Shown here one piece after another: positions 37,652-47,889 of a stretch of 64,000 nucleotides of DNA; positions within the stretch are counted from its first letter, which is position 1, and the number at the start of each line of letters is the position of its first letter. The notes beneath the pieces are model-generated. The model saw only the letters and a program-made list of their open reading frames with translations, was not told the DNA's origin and did not search any database. The stretch comes from a virus (lineage: Duplodnaviria; Caudoviricetes), in IMG/VR virus record IMGVR_UViG_3300025320_000152, positions 18,931 to 82,930 of that record; one strand, given 5' to 3'. The translations under genes and the position numbers were made by a program.

Positions 37652-40411
37652 ATGGCTACATACGGCGTCGACTACTACGGCAAGTCGTTCTACGGCGGCC
37701 CGCTGCTGATCGATTACGCGGTCGGCAACCTCACCGCCACGCAGCTCGGGTTCGGGCGGGTGCGGGTCACCTGGTCCGCGCCGTCCCCGAACATCTGGAC
37801 CACCCTCGTCCTGGTGCGCTCGCGCTACGGCTCCCCGGTCTCCCCGACGGACGGCCAGCAGCTCGGCACCTGGTCCTCGACCCAGGCGTCCACCAGCTTC
37901 GACGACATCGATCTGACGCCGGGCTACTGGTACTACGGCATGTTCGCGGCGACGCCGCTGCCCACGTGGGAGGCGGCACTGACCTACCAGGTCGGGGACC
38001 GGGTGTCCTACAGCGCGTCGAACTGGATCTGCGTGCAGCTCGCCCTGCCCGGCACCGCGCCGGGGGCGGGCTCGTCGTACTGGTCCGCGACGGACGAGAC
38101 GGCGATCTGGCAGCCGGCGGGCGCAGTCGGCACCATGTCAGTGGCCGATCACGGGTACAGCGCGCTGATGTACTCCCTGATCCCCGGGGCGTACAAGGCG
38201 CTGCCGGTCCTCTCGACGGACGCGAGCGAGATCAACGACGACCTCTCGGAGTTCCTCGGGGTCCTGGCGTTCGGATTCGAGATCACCGCGAGCGAGCTCG
38301 ACGACATGTACCTGCTCTACACGCCGGAGACCACTCGCTGGGACCGGCTGCTGCAGATCAGCGAGATGCTCGGGATCTCGACGGAGGCCGCCTCCTCCCC
38401 GCGCTACCAGCGGCTGCGCACCAGGGACGCGGCCACCCTCGCCCGGGGCAAGGGCACCGTCGAGGGCCTGGCGGCGATGATCGCCGCGACGACTGGGCTC
38501 CGGGCGCAGGTCACCACCGGCGCGAACCTGATGCTCTCGCGCGATCAGAGTGATTTCCCGTTCCCGGTGTACCCGGACTGGCAGTCGGACGAGTCCTACG
38601 CGATCGGCGAACTGGTGACCTACCAGGGCGTGCGGTACGTGTGCTCGACCTATGCGCTCGATGCGACGCAGGTCGCCGCAGCCTCGTTCACCGCGACACC
38701 GAACGCCGCGAGCACGCTGACCGGCATCGGGTCGAACATCGGGGAGGTCTCCTCGGCTCCGTCCACCCTCGCGCTGCCGGTCACCGTCCCGGTCGCGGGC
38801 GTCTACGAGCTCGGCCTCGTCTTCGAGCAGCGGCCCACCGGCGGCATCGTCGCGCTCACGGTCGACGGGGTGGCCCAGCAGTTGCTGCCGCACGCCTCCG
38901 TGCTGCCGCTGTTCATCACCCCTGTCGGGTGGGGCACTCCGACCGGCTACGTCCCGAACGTGGACACCTACGCCTCGGCGACCGGCACCACCCAGATCTA
39001 CACCTACCTGGCGTACCTCACCGCGGGCTCCCACACGCTCTCGCTCGCCTCGACCACGAAGAACTCCTCGTCCACCGGCTACGACATCGTTGCGGAGGTC
39101 TTCAGTCTCACCGGTGTGTTCACCCGGTACCCGCCGTCGACGACCGCGCCGAACTCCGCCGCGACCAACGGGGTCCAGTGGCAGGTCGCCTCCCCCGGCA
39201 CCACGCCGGTCACCGAGTACGCGAACCCGATCACCGGCGGTGTCTCCACCTGGAACGGCGTGCCGGGCATGGAGGTGTTCTACTTCGGGCCGAACACGGG
39301 CCTGGAGATCGCGAGCTCGAACTGGCTCGCCACGACCCCGGGGAGCCTGACCAGCGGCTCCACGTACGTCGTCTCCAGCGCCGAGCATCCGAGCATCGCG
39401 GCGTACAACCCGGCCACCGCATACGTGGCGGGCAACATCGTCACCTCCGGGGGGCTGCAGTACGCGGCGCTGGCCGCGACGAGCGGGGTCGCGCCTCCCG
39501 CGCCGGGCGTGTGGACGCGCAGCTCCTACGGCTCGCCATATGACAGGGAGCTGATCGCGCAGTCCTGCGTTCCACTGCACGGCCCCGCTCCGTGGGACCC
39601 GCACGCCGCCTACGCGGAGGGCCAGGAGGTGACCTACGCGGGCAGCCGGTACGTCGCGCCCGCGCCGACGCAGTTCATCGCGCCGCCGGCGAGCCCCGGG
39701 TCGAACAGCGCCTGGGAGTACGCGGGGGCGGCAGGGTCGCCGTTCACCGGGAGCTTCTACACCCCGACGACCGGCGGGTACTTCCCCACCGGCACCGTCA
39801 GCCTCCTATATCCGGGGATCACCTGGTACGACGCGAACGGGGAGCCGATCGCGTTCGCGACGATGATGAACTCCTCCGGCACCATGACCGCCTCACTCCC
39901 CCTCTACGCGCGCCTGGCAGAACCGGTGGTCGAGCTGAACGGCGCCTACCTGGACGCCGGGGGCGCCACCTGGAGCGCGAACCCGAGCGGGTTCTGGCAG
40001 GTCAGTGCAGGCGCGTGCTTCGCGAACCCCGCCTACGCCGGCAGCCAGCACATCAAACTGCTGACAGTGGCCAGCTCGTTCTCGGACGGCTGCGTCGGAA
40101 CCACGTGGGTCACCGACGTCGCGAACAAGGCCGTGCGCGACGTCGGCATCGTGTTCCGCTACAGCGACGCGACCCACTTCTGGGCCGTCATGCGCGACCA
40201 GATCGTGAGCTACAACGGCGGGACGCTCACCAACCAGATGAGCTACACCCGCCTGCCCGTCGGCACCCGCGCGTTCGTCCAGTTGTCCGGGGCGACCATC
40301 AGCCTCTACGCGTACCCGGGCAACTCGGCCGCGCCCACCCTGATCGCCACCATCACCAACAGCTTCAACCAGACCGCGACCACACACGGCCTGGTGGATT
40401 GGACGTGGTGA
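37652..40411 (+). CDS. baseplate wedge/tail protein (gpI-like) with four CBM5/12-like modules
   Basis: ARGKGTVEGL gpI-like motif; repeats of W/Y-x5-Y-x2-G-x2-V-x-Y. Confidence 0.75.
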   Translation: MATYGVDYYGKSFYGGPLLIDYAVGNLTATQLGFGRVRVTWSAPSPNIWTTLVLVRSRYGSPVSPTDGQQLGTWSSTQASTSFDDIDLTPGYWYYGMFAATPLPTWEAALTYQVGDRVSYSASNWICVQLALPGTAPGAGSSYWSATDETAIWQPAGAVGTMSVADHGYSALMYSLIPGAYKALPVLSTDASEINDDLSEFLGVLAFGFEITASELDDMYLLYTPETTRWDRLLQISEMLGISTEAASSPRYQRLRTRDAATLARGKGTVEGLAAMIAATTGLRAQVTTGANLMLSRDQSDFPFPVYPDWQSDESYAIGELVTYQGVRYVCSTYALDATQVAAASFTATPNAASTLTGIGSNIGEVSSAPSTLALPVTVPVAGVYELGLVFEQRPTGGIVALTVDGVAQQLLPHASVLPLFITPVGWGTPTGYVPNVDTYASATGTTQIYTYLAYLTAGSHTLSLASTTKNSSSTGYDIVAEVFSLTGVFTRYPPSTTAPNSAATNGVQWQVASPGTTPVTEYANPITGGVSTWNGVPGMEVFYFGPNTGLEIASSNWLATTPGSLTSGSTYVVSSAEHPSIAAYNPATAYVAGNIVTSGGLQYAALAATSGVAPPAPGVWTRSSYGSPYDRELIAQSCVPLHGPAPWDPHAAYAEGQEVTYAGSRYVAPAPTQFIAPPASPGSNSAWEYAGAAGSPFTGSFYTPTTGGYFPTGTVSLLYPGITWYDANGEPIAFATMMNSSGTMTASLPLYARLAEPVVELNGAYLDAGGATWSANPSGFWQVSAGACFANPAYAGSQHIKLLTVASSFSDGCVGTTWVTDVANKAVRDVGIVFRYSDATHFWAVMRDQIVSYNGGTLTNQMSYTRLPVGTRAFVQLSGATISLYAYPGNSAAPTLIATITNSFNQTATTHGLVDWTW

Positions 40412-40412
40412 G

Positions 40413-42107
40413 ATGAACCTGACCGCTTCCGGGCAGAGCACGTCGGTCGGCAACGCGCAGGACCCGGCCAACAACGTACCGGTCGACATCGCCGCGTACG
40501 GCGCCAGCCAGACCTCCGGCAGCGCTGTGTGCGTCACCTACGTGCCGCTCGGGGCGATGGCTGACTTCGGGGCGTGGCCGACCGTGCTGCCCGACCCGGC
40601 GGTCAGCTGCGTGCTCGCCGACGTCGCGCCCGTGGCCACCGGAGGCCGCGTCTCGATCACCGCGACCACCCCGGCCGAGTACGACACCGCGCTCGGCACG
40701 CTGTGGAACAGCGCCGCGTACGGGTCGGTGCGCGGCAGCTGGGTCCAAGGGCAGCACAGCGGCATCAACCAGTCCACCGCGCTCACGCAGGTGCAGCTCG
40801 AACGCACCGAGGCCGCGAACCTGCTGCCGCCCGACGCGCAGGATTACCGCGACAACCTGGTCTACCAGCAGTACTCGACGACGGTGTCTGGGGCCACCAC
40901 GTGGGGCGCCTCGATCACCCGGTCACAGGACCGGGCCCTGTCCGGGCTGTGGTCCGGGAAGTTCGTCAACACCCCGCAGGGGTTCGCGACCTACGCGCCG
41001 GGCGCGCTGCCCGCCGCGATGGCCCCGGTGGTCGCGGGCACCCACTACAGCGGATCGGTCAACCTCGCGATCGAGCGGACCGGCGCGCAGTGGCAGGTGC
41101 AGCTCAACTGGTACGACGGCAACTTCGACCTGCTGACCCCCACGACCTCGGCGGCCGTGACGCACCCGGGAGGGTTCGCATGGCAGCCCGCGAGCGTCAC
41201 GGGGATCGCGCCAGTGGCCTCCGGCGGCAACGGCGCCGCCGTATGGGCCGCCGTCGTCCCGGTCGTCACCCCTCTCACGCCGGGGGACGGGGAGATCGCA
41301 TACGCGGATGTCCACAGGCTGTGGAGCACTCAACCGGCGCAGACGCTCGCGCCGACCACGTTCGTTCCAGCTCGCCAGCAGAACATCGTGGTGAAGGCGA
41401 ACCGGGTCAACTACGCCAACAACCCCGGGTTCACCACCTCGACCTACGGCTGGTGGGGGCAGGGCGGCACCGGGTCATCGCCCCTGTCATGGGAGCCCGC
41501 CGTCGGCCGGTCCGTGCCCGGGGCGGCCAAGCTCACGGCCACCTACGGCGCAGGCGCCATGTACCCGCAGATGGGCACCCTGTCCCAGACCACCGGGTCC
41601 GCCGGCGGGATCACCACCGGCAGGTCCGGGGAGACCTTCACCCTGTCCTGCTACGTGCTCCCAGGCCCGCAGTCGCCGAACATCAACCTGCAGGCGATCA
41701 TCGGAGGCGGCGACGGCGGCATCTACGTCCCCGGCACCTCCACCCTCGGCCTCATGCCGGACGCCAACGGCTGGTACCGCCTGTCGGTCACCACGACGAT
41801 CCCGCCGGAATCCTCCGGCGCCATCGAGATGCTGCTCGCCATCAACCCCACCGACTGGACCACCAACGCCCGCGACGTCTCGTGGTGGGTCGATGACGTC
41901 CTGGTCGAGCAGTCCTCGCTGCTCGGGGAGTATTTCGACGCCTCCCTGCCGAGCCCCGACTACCTGTGGGAGGGCACGGCGTTCGAATCGCGCAGTCACT
42001 ATTACCAAGGGCTTCGTATTCTGCAATACCGTATAAATGAGCTGGTAGAGCAGTCGCTGCCGATAGGCGTCCCCTACCAGATCCTTCTCGCACAACCCGA
42101 TTCGTAG
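40413..42107 (+). CDS. minor tail protein with carbohydrate-binding-like jelly-roll domains
   Basis: NLLPP and NYANNPGF domain starts; DDVLVEQSSLLGEYFD. Confidence 0.7.
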   Translation: MNLTASGQSTSVGNAQDPANNVPVDIAAYGASQTSGSAVCVTYVPLGAMADFGAWPTVLPDPAVSCVLADVAPVATGGRVSITATTPAEYDTALGTLWNSAAYGSVRGSWVQGQHSGINQSTALTQVQLERTEAANLLPPDAQDYRDNLVYQQYSTTVSGATTWGASITRSQDRALSGLWSGKFVNTPQGFATYAPGALPAAMAPVVAGTHYSGSVNLAIERTGAQWQVQLNWYDGNFDLLTPTTSAAVTHPGGFAWQPASVTGIAPVASGGNGAAVWAAVVPVVTPLTPGDGEIAYADVHRLWSTQPAQTLAPTTFVPARQQNIVVKANRVNYANNPGFTTSTYGWWGQGGTGSSPLSWEPAVGRSVPGAAKLTATYGAGAMYPQMGTLSQTTGSAGGITTGRSGETFTLSCYVLPGPQSPNINLQAIIGGGDGGIYVPGTSTLGLMPDANGWYRLSVTTTIPPESSGAIEMLLAINPTDWTTNARDVSWWVDDVLVEQSSLLGEYFDASLPSPDYLWEGTAFESRSHYYQGLRILQYRINELVEQSLPIGVPYQILLAQPDS

Positions 42108-42140
42108 CATATTCGGCGCAGCGACCCGAAGGACTACTTC

Positions 42141-42491
42141 GTGGACCGCGTCTCAGTCATCTCCCTGATCGTCGGCTCGGTGCTACCGCTGCTGACCACC
42201 ACCGCGACCAAGGCATCCTGGCCCGAGTGGGCCAAGCAGCTGATCCTCGCCGCCCTGTCCGCCCTGACGGGCCTGGGCACCGGGCTGCTGCACTCGGGCG
42301 CGACCCTCCCGAACATGATCGCCAACGCGGTCACCGCGTTCGCCGTCGCCGCAGCCCTGTCGGCCGGTACCTGGAAGCCCACCGGCGCGCTGGCGAAGCT
42401 GGAGAACGTGATCATCAAGGACGCCCCGGGTGTGACCAAGGCCGTGGACGCGGTGGTTTCCAACGCGGCGTCAGCAACCTCGAAGCAGTGA
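42141..42491 (+). CDS. holin
   Basis: 116 aa, several TM segments, charged C-terminus, follows tail genes. Confidence 0.7.
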   Translation: MDRVSVISLIVGSVLPLLTTTATKASWPEWAKQLILAALSALTGLGTGLLHSGATLPNMIANAVTAFAVAAALSAGTWKPTGALAKLENVIIKDAPGVTKAVDAVVSNAASATSKQ

Positions 42492-42507
42492 CCTGCGGAC
42501 CTCGGGG

Positions 42508-42558
42508 ATAGCAGCTATTCGCATATAGCAGCTATCTCCGGTCACACATAGCAGATAC
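42508..42558. promoter_or_regulatory. triple ATAGCAG(C/A)TA operator-like repeat
   Basis: ATAGCAGCTAT at 42508 and 42525; ATAGCAGATAC at 42548. Confidence 0.65.
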
Positions 42559-42633
42559 CGGATATTCAGCCTTGTGATATGGCGCCGGTGCCTCGTAGTT
42601 TCGAGGCACCGCCCGCTTCACCTGGAGGATTTC

Positions 42634-43584
42634 GTGGCTATCACCATCGCGTTTTACGGCGAGAAAGTCTGCGAGTACAAGCTCGTCGCCGACGCCCTGT
42701 GCGACTGGCTCGGCTACGGCCAGCCGGACGAAGAGGGCTACTACGCGCCGCCCGAGGAGTCCGAGCAAGTCGACGTCCTAGTCTCCGGCTGGCCCGAGCA
42801 CGCCTACGCCGTCGCCGAGATCGTCGCCTGGACCGCCCGAGCCGACCTGCCCTACACCACCGTCGTCAAGCGCACCGACGGCGAACCCCGCAAGCCGGAG
42901 GAGGGCGAGGAGATCCAGGCCTCGCGCGACGTCGAGAGCTACATCGCCTCCGCGCTGAACGTCGCGGCCGACCAGGACTCCGCAGCCCTGATCCTCATGA
43001 TCGGCGACGAGGGCCCGGACGAGGAGACCGAGCGGCTGCTCTCTCTCGTGCACGACGGCGTCGACGTCCTGGTCCTGGGCGACGCCCTGCTGCCCCTGCA
43101 GGCCGCCGCGCAGGCACCGGTCGAGGCGGCGGCGAATCCTGAGCCCCGGCAGGTGGCCGGCGAGCCCGTCTCGCATGTGATCACGGCCAGCGTGGAGAAC
43201 ACCGACTGGCCGATCGGCGACCTGCTCGACATGATCGACGAGCAGGGGCGCTGGTTCTACGAGACGGCCATGGCCTTCGCCGGGACGCTCATGGAGCTCG
43301 CCGAGCTCGCGGAGCGCCAGCGCGGGCAGATCAAGAAGGCGCGGGAGCGCGGATGGCTCGGCGCTGCGGCGGACCTGGCTGTCGTCGACGAGGCGCAGTC
43401 CTTCGAGCCCGAGCAGGCGGCTGCGCCGCCCATGCTCGACGTCGAGCCCGCATCGACGGTGCTGCTGCCCACCCCCAACAAGACGCGGCGCGAGTGGCTC
43501 GACCCGTCCGACCAGACGTGGAAGCCCGTCGGACGTGGACGCCCGCGCAAGGACGTTGAGATCCGGGAAGTCCCGGCCGCATGA
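42634..43584 (+). CDS. acidic hypothetical protein with C-terminal AT-hook-like GRGRPRK
   Basis: GTG after GGAGG; first gene of the replication arm. Confidence 0.7.
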   Translation: MAITIAFYGEKVCEYKLVADALCDWLGYGQPDEEGYYAPPEESEQVDVLVSGWPEHAYAVAEIVAWTARADLPYTTVVKRTDGEPRKPEEGEEIQASRDVESYIASALNVAADQDSAALILMIGDEGPDEETERLLSLVHDGVDVLVLGDALLPLQAAAQAPVEAAANPEPRQVAGEPVSHVITASVENTDWPIGDLLDMIDEQGRWFYETAMAFAGTLMELAELAERQRGQIKKARERGWLGAAADLAVVDEAQSFEPEQAAAPPMLDVEPASTVLLPTPNKTRREWLDPSDQTWKPVGRGRPRKDVEIREVPAA

Positions 43585-43835
43585 CGAGCCCGGAGGAGCG
43601 CGCCCCCATCACCGTCGAGGCCGATGGGGGCCGATGGGTGGGGCTGACGGGTGAGGAGATCCTCGCCTGCCCCGGCCTGAGCGCGGGGGCACGGGGGGTG
43701 GCCCTGCTCGGGGTCGTGCTCTCCCGCAATCCGAACGTCGCGGAGATCACGGCCCTCACGGGCGATGACCCGGTCCTGGCCGCCCGGTGGATCACCGAGC
43801 TCACCGGGTCCGGCTACCTGGACTGGGAGGGCTAG
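43581..43835 (+). CDS. small winged-HTH protein
   Basis: LSAGARGVALL...ARWITELTGSGYL. Confidence 0.6.
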   Translation: MTSPEERAPITVEADGGRWVGLTGEEILACPGLSAGARGVALLGVVLSRNPNVAEITALTGDDPVLAARWITELTGSGYLDWEG

Positions 43836-44801
43836 ATGCCCCTGCAGCGCAAGAGCGGGTCGTTCGCCATGGCGCCGCGTGCCATGGTCGCCGATCACGC
43901 GGTGAGCGACCGAGCGGTACGCCTGTACTGCGTGCTGACCCGGTACGCGAACACCCGTGACGAGGCGTGGCCGAGCCAGGCGACGCTCGCGAAGGATCTG
44001 GGCTGCTCCAAGCCGACGATCGAACGCGCTGTGCGGGAGCTGCGGGAGACCGGGTGGATCACGGTGCACCGCCGAGCGGCCGGCGCAGGCAACCTCTACC
44101 GCATCCACCGCATCCCCGAGCTGCCGGAGGACGAGGACCCGCAGGACGCGTTCGCGCCGACGCCGGAACCCGGCCCGAAGCAGACCTCTTACATGGCCCG
44201 CGACCTGGTTGAACGGACACCCCCGGGCATCTTCAGTGATGGCAGGGTGCCATCAGCGGTGAGGTCGCAGCTATATAGAGACCCAGAGAACGAGAAGGAG
44301 ACTTCACCGCCGCGAGCGGCGGTACGCCGAAGGACGCAGACGGACCCGGACGACATGCTCGACCCGGCCCGCTCCCTGGGGCTGTGGGACTCCCCGGCGC
44401 CCACCGCCGTGTCCCCGGCCGAGGCGAACAACATGAACCTGGCCCGCGAGTTCCGCGACGCGTGGCGGCAGGTTCCCGGGTCGCTGCCGATGGAGGCCAA
44501 CCTCAAGGCCCTGGCCGCGCACTTCAAGGCCCTTAGATCCGACGACGTCAGCGTGGCCGAGATCCGCTCCATGATCCACCTGTTCGTCACCGTCCCCGGG
44601 CTGCGCAACTCCGACGCCCCGCCCTGGCGCGACTTCCTCTACCGCCGCCGCCAGCTGCTCCAGCTCGTGCGCCGCGACGAATCCGGCCGCCGAATGGAAG
44701 CCGACCCCGGCACATATCAGACCCCTGCCTTCGACCAGGCCGCCGAGGACGCGGAGAACGCCGCGTACCGCAATGCCTTCGCCGCCTTCCAGGCCGCGTA
44801 A
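43836..44801 (+). CDS. replication initiator-like HTH protein
   Basis: WPSQATLAKDLGCSKPTIERAVRELRETGWI; precedes the helicase loader. Confidence 0.75.
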   Translation: MPLQRKSGSFAMAPRAMVADHAVSDRAVRLYCVLTRYANTRDEAWPSQATLAKDLGCSKPTIERAVRELRETGWITVHRRAAGAGNLYRIHRIPELPEDEDPQDAFAPTPEPGPKQTSYMARDLVERTPPGIFSDGRVPSAVRSQLYRDPENEKETSPPRAAVRRRTQTDPDDMLDPARSLGLWDSPAPTAVSPAEANNMNLAREFRDAWRQVPGSLPMEANLKALAAHFKALRSDDVSVAEIRSMIHLFVTVPGLRNSDAPPWRDFLYRRRQLLQLVRRDESGRRMEADPGTYQTPAFDQAAEDAENAAYRNAFAAFQAA

Positions 44802-44822
44802 CCCCAGAACCGGAGCACTGAC

Positions 44823-45470
44823 ATGGACCCCACGATCGCCGACCTGCACTGGCGCGAGGCCCGCATCCCGCGCAAGCACCGGGGCCGCACCCTGACCGAG
44901 ATGGGCGAGCTGCCCGAGGAGATCCGCGAGGCCGCCGAAGGCTTCGTCGCGACCTGGGAGCAGCGGTACATCCCCGACACGCTCGCCACCTCCAGCTACC
45001 CCGAGGACCGCGGCCTGTTCGGCGCGGGCCTGTCCCTCATAGGCCCGCCGGGGCGAGGCAAGACCACCTTGGCCTGCGCGATAGCGACCGAGATCGTGCT
45101 CAACTACAACAACTCGATCTTCTTCGCGCCGGCCGCCGACTACATCGCGGCGTTCACCGGGCAGCACGCGGTGCGCAACGACGCCTCCGGGGCCGAGGCC
45201 ATCCGCAAGGACATCGCGAACGTCCAGAAGGCCTCGCTCCTGGTGCTCGACGACTTCGGCGCCGAGCACCTGACGACCACGGACGCCGCGCGCGACGAGC
45301 TGCGCAGGCTGCTGCGCCACCGTCACCGGCGGGCGTGCCCCACGATCATCACCACGAACCTGTCCCCCGAGGAGTGGCGCACGCTGCACGGCCCGGCGTT
45401 CGACTCTTTCGTACGCGAGGCGTTCCCCCCGGTCGCCATGACCGGACGCGACCACCGCAGGGCCCGATGA
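44823..45470 (+). CDS. DnaC/IstB-like ATPase (helicase loader)
   Basis: GPPGRGKT, LLVLDDFGAE, TIITTNL. Confidence 0.88.
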   Translation: MDPTIADLHWREARIPRKHRGRTLTEMGELPEEIREAAEGFVATWEQRYIPDTLATSSYPEDRGLFGAGLSLIGPPGRGKTTLACAIATEIVLNYNNSIFFAPAADYIAAFTGQHAVRNDASGAEAIRKDIANVQKASLLVLDDFGAEHLTTTDAARDELRRLLRHRHRRACPTIITTNLSPEEWRTLHGPAFDSFVREAFPPVAMTGRDHRRAR

Positions 45471-46738
45471 ACGCAGAGCTCCTGCTGATGCGGGCCGTGC
45501 TCGCTGGGCGCGACCTGACGGCGCTGATGGAGCGCGGGATCGAGGAGGGCCACTTCATCCAGTCCCCGGCCCGCCACCTGTTCCGCGAGGCCGCCGCGCA
45601 CCATGCGCGGTACGGGGTGGTGCCCGCCGCGAGCACCCTGGGCGAGGACGAGCGGTTCGCCGAACTGGATCTCACCGAGCCGCCCGAGCCGATCGAGGTC
45701 TACCTCGACAAGGTGTTGCACGCGCACGTGAGCCGGCTGCTCGAATCAGGGCTCGCGCAGGCCGCCGCCGCCCTGGACGACGGGGACACCGCCGGCGCCA
45801 AGGCACTGGTCGCGCAGTCCCTCGCCGAGGCCGAGTCCGCCGCCGTCACCGGCCACACGCTGGAGCTTACGGCCACCGACCGCGCGCGGCTGGAGAGGTA
45901 CAAGGCGTTCGAGGCGTCCGACGACGGGCTGCGTGGGATACCCACGGGGTTTCCAGCTGTGGACCGCGCCACCCTCGGGCTCCAGCCCGGCCAGCTGGTC
46001 ACCCTGATCGGCCTGCCCAAGGGCGGCAAGACCACCTTGTTGATCAACATGGCGAAGTACGCCCACCAGTACTCCTACGACCACGGCCTCGAATTCGTCC
46101 CGATGATCTTCGGGTTCGAGATGAGCAACGATGAGATCGCCGAGAGGATCGACGCCTGGCGCGCCGGGGTCGACACCAGGCGGCTTAGGGCCGGCGAGCT
46201 CAACGTCATGGACTGGCGCAAGCTGGAGCGCTCGATCAACGAGCTGTCGACGATGAGCCCGTTCTACCTGGTGACCGGGATGGGGTCGCTCACGACGGTC
46301 TCCCAAATCGCCGAGCGCGTCGAGACGCTGAACCCCGATGTGCTCTACATCGACGGCGCTTACATGATCAAGGATGAGATCAGCGGCGAGGTCAACACCG
46401 CGCAGGGCCTGACCAACATCACCAGATCGCTCAAGAGGTTGGCGCAGTCCCGGGGAATCCCGGTGTGCATCAGCACTCAGGCGTTGGCGTGGAAGGTCGA
46501 CCGCAAGGCCGGGATCACCTCCGCGTCCATCGGATACTCCAGCTCGTTCGCGCAGGACTCCGACGTCGTGATCGCCGTGGAGTCCACCGAGATCGACGAG
46601 ATCAAGAAGCTGAAGATCGTCGCGTCCCGCAACTCGCCGAACCTTGAAGTGTTCGTCGAGTGGGACTGGTCCACAGGCACCTACCAGGAGAAGGACGACA
46701 ACCCGTTCACCGACCTGGAGGACGGCAGTGGCTGGTAG
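45467..46738 (+). CDS. dnaB: DnaB-like replicative helicase
   Basis: GIPTGFPAVD...GQLVTLIGLPKGGKT; YIDGAY; QDSDVVI. Confidence 0.9.
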   Translation: MNAELLLMRAVLAGRDLTALMERGIEEGHFIQSPARHLFREAAAHHARYGVVPAASTLGEDERFAELDLTEPPEPIEVYLDKVLHAHVSRLLESGLAQAAAALDDGDTAGAKALVAQSLAEAESAAVTGHTLELTATDRARLERYKAFEASDDGLRGIPTGFPAVDRATLGLQPGQLVTLIGLPKGGKTTLLINMAKYAHQYSYDHGLEFVPMIFGFEMSNDEIAERIDAWRAGVDTRRLRAGELNVMDWRKLERSINELSTMSPFYLVTGMGSLTTVSQIAERVETLNPDVLYIDGAYMIKDEISGEVNTAQGLTNITRSLKRLAQSRGIPVCISTQALAWKVDRKAGITSASIGYSSSFAQDSDVVIAVESTEIDEIKKLKIVASRNSPNLEVFVEWDWSTGTYQEKDDNPFTDLEDGSGW

Positions 46739-47657
46739 CAGCGTCTTCGACGTCCTCTACGCCCTCGGGGTCCTCGGCATCGACTACCAGGAGGAAGCGG
46801 GAGAGGCGTGGGCGCGCTGCCCCGGGCACCTCGCGCGCACCGGGCACGCCGACTCCTCCCCCTCCTGGTCGATCAACGTCAAGTCCGGACTGCACAACTG
46901 CTTCTCCTGCGGCTTCTCTGGCGACGTCGTCTCCCTCACCCAGCAGGTGCTCGGCCTCGACTACGCCGCTGCCAGTGGCGTGCTGGCCGCGCCCGGCGCT
47001 GCCAGCGCCGCACTCGCCCGGCTGCGCACGAAGATCCCGGCCGCACCGCGGCTTCGCGGCCCGGCCGTCGACCTGGAGGGCTTCACGCTCCCGCCGCCCA
47101 GGGAGCTGGCCAAGCGGCGCATCGACCAGGACGCCGCCGCCCGCTTCGAGATCCTGTGGTCCGGCGACGCCTGGGTCTTTCCGATCCGTCACCCTGTGAC
47201 ATTCGAGCTGATGGGCTACCAGCTCAAGCGGCAGGGCTACGTGCGCAACGTCCCGCGCGGGGTGCGCAAGGGGCTGACGCTGTTCGGGATCGGCGCATAC
47301 ACCGGTACCCGCGCGATCCCCGTCGAATCCCCGCTGGACACCGCCCGGATCTGGTGCGCCGGCGAGGACGGGGCGCTGGCCACCTTCGGCTCGCAGGTCA
47401 CCGACCATCAGATCAGGCTGCTGCTGTCCATCGCCGACGAGCTCGTGCTCGCCATGGACAACGACGCCGCCGGACGCCTCGCCAACGAGGAGATCGAAGC
47501 GGCCGTCGCCGGGCTCCTACCGGTGCGCCGGTTCGCCTACCCCGCAGGCACGCGCAAGGACCCCGGCGAGCTCGAAGACAACGAGGTCACCGCCGGGATC
47601 GCCCACGCCACCAGCCGTCTACAGCGCGCCTTCCACGACATCACAACCAGGAGCTGA
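46728..47657 (+). CDS. DNA primase (CHC2 zinc finger plus TOPRIM)
   Basis: CPGH...HNCFSCG; PVESPLD; LAMDNDAAG. Confidence 0.88.
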   Translation: MAGSSVFDVLYALGVLGIDYQEEAGEAWARCPGHLARTGHADSSPSWSINVKSGLHNCFSCGFSGDVVSLTQQVLGLDYAAASGVLAAPGAASAALARLRTKIPAAPRLRGPAVDLEGFTLPPPRELAKRRIDQDAAARFEILWSGDAWVFPIRHPVTFELMGYQLKRQGYVRNVPRGVRKGLTLFGIGAYTGTRAIPVESPLDTARIWCAGEDGALATFGSQVTDHQIRLLLSIADELVLAMDNDAAGRLANEEIEAAVAGLLPVRRFAYPAGTRKDPGELEDNEVTAGIAHATSRLQRAFHDITTRS

Positions 47658-47658
47658 C

Positions 47659-47889
47659 ATGGCACACCCCTTCACGCCCGTCCAGCAGTCCGCCGACGAG
47701 GACACCCGCGCCGTACGCATCCACACCACGGCTGTCAATCAGCTGATCTCGGGCTGGGCGGAGTCGAACGCGGAGCGGCGCCGCGAACTGTGGCGCCGGA
47801 TGGCCGAGGCGAACGACGCCCTGTTCGACCTGTTCCATGACCGGTTCAGCGAGCTGGACCGCCGCTTCGGGGACACCCCCGATGCTTGA
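47659..47889 (+). CDS. hypothetical protein
   Basis: AGGAG RBS. Confidence 0.6.
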   Translation: MAHPFTPVQQSADEDTRAVRIHTTAVNQLISGWAESNAERRRELWRRMAEANDALFDLFHDRFSELDRRFGDTPDA

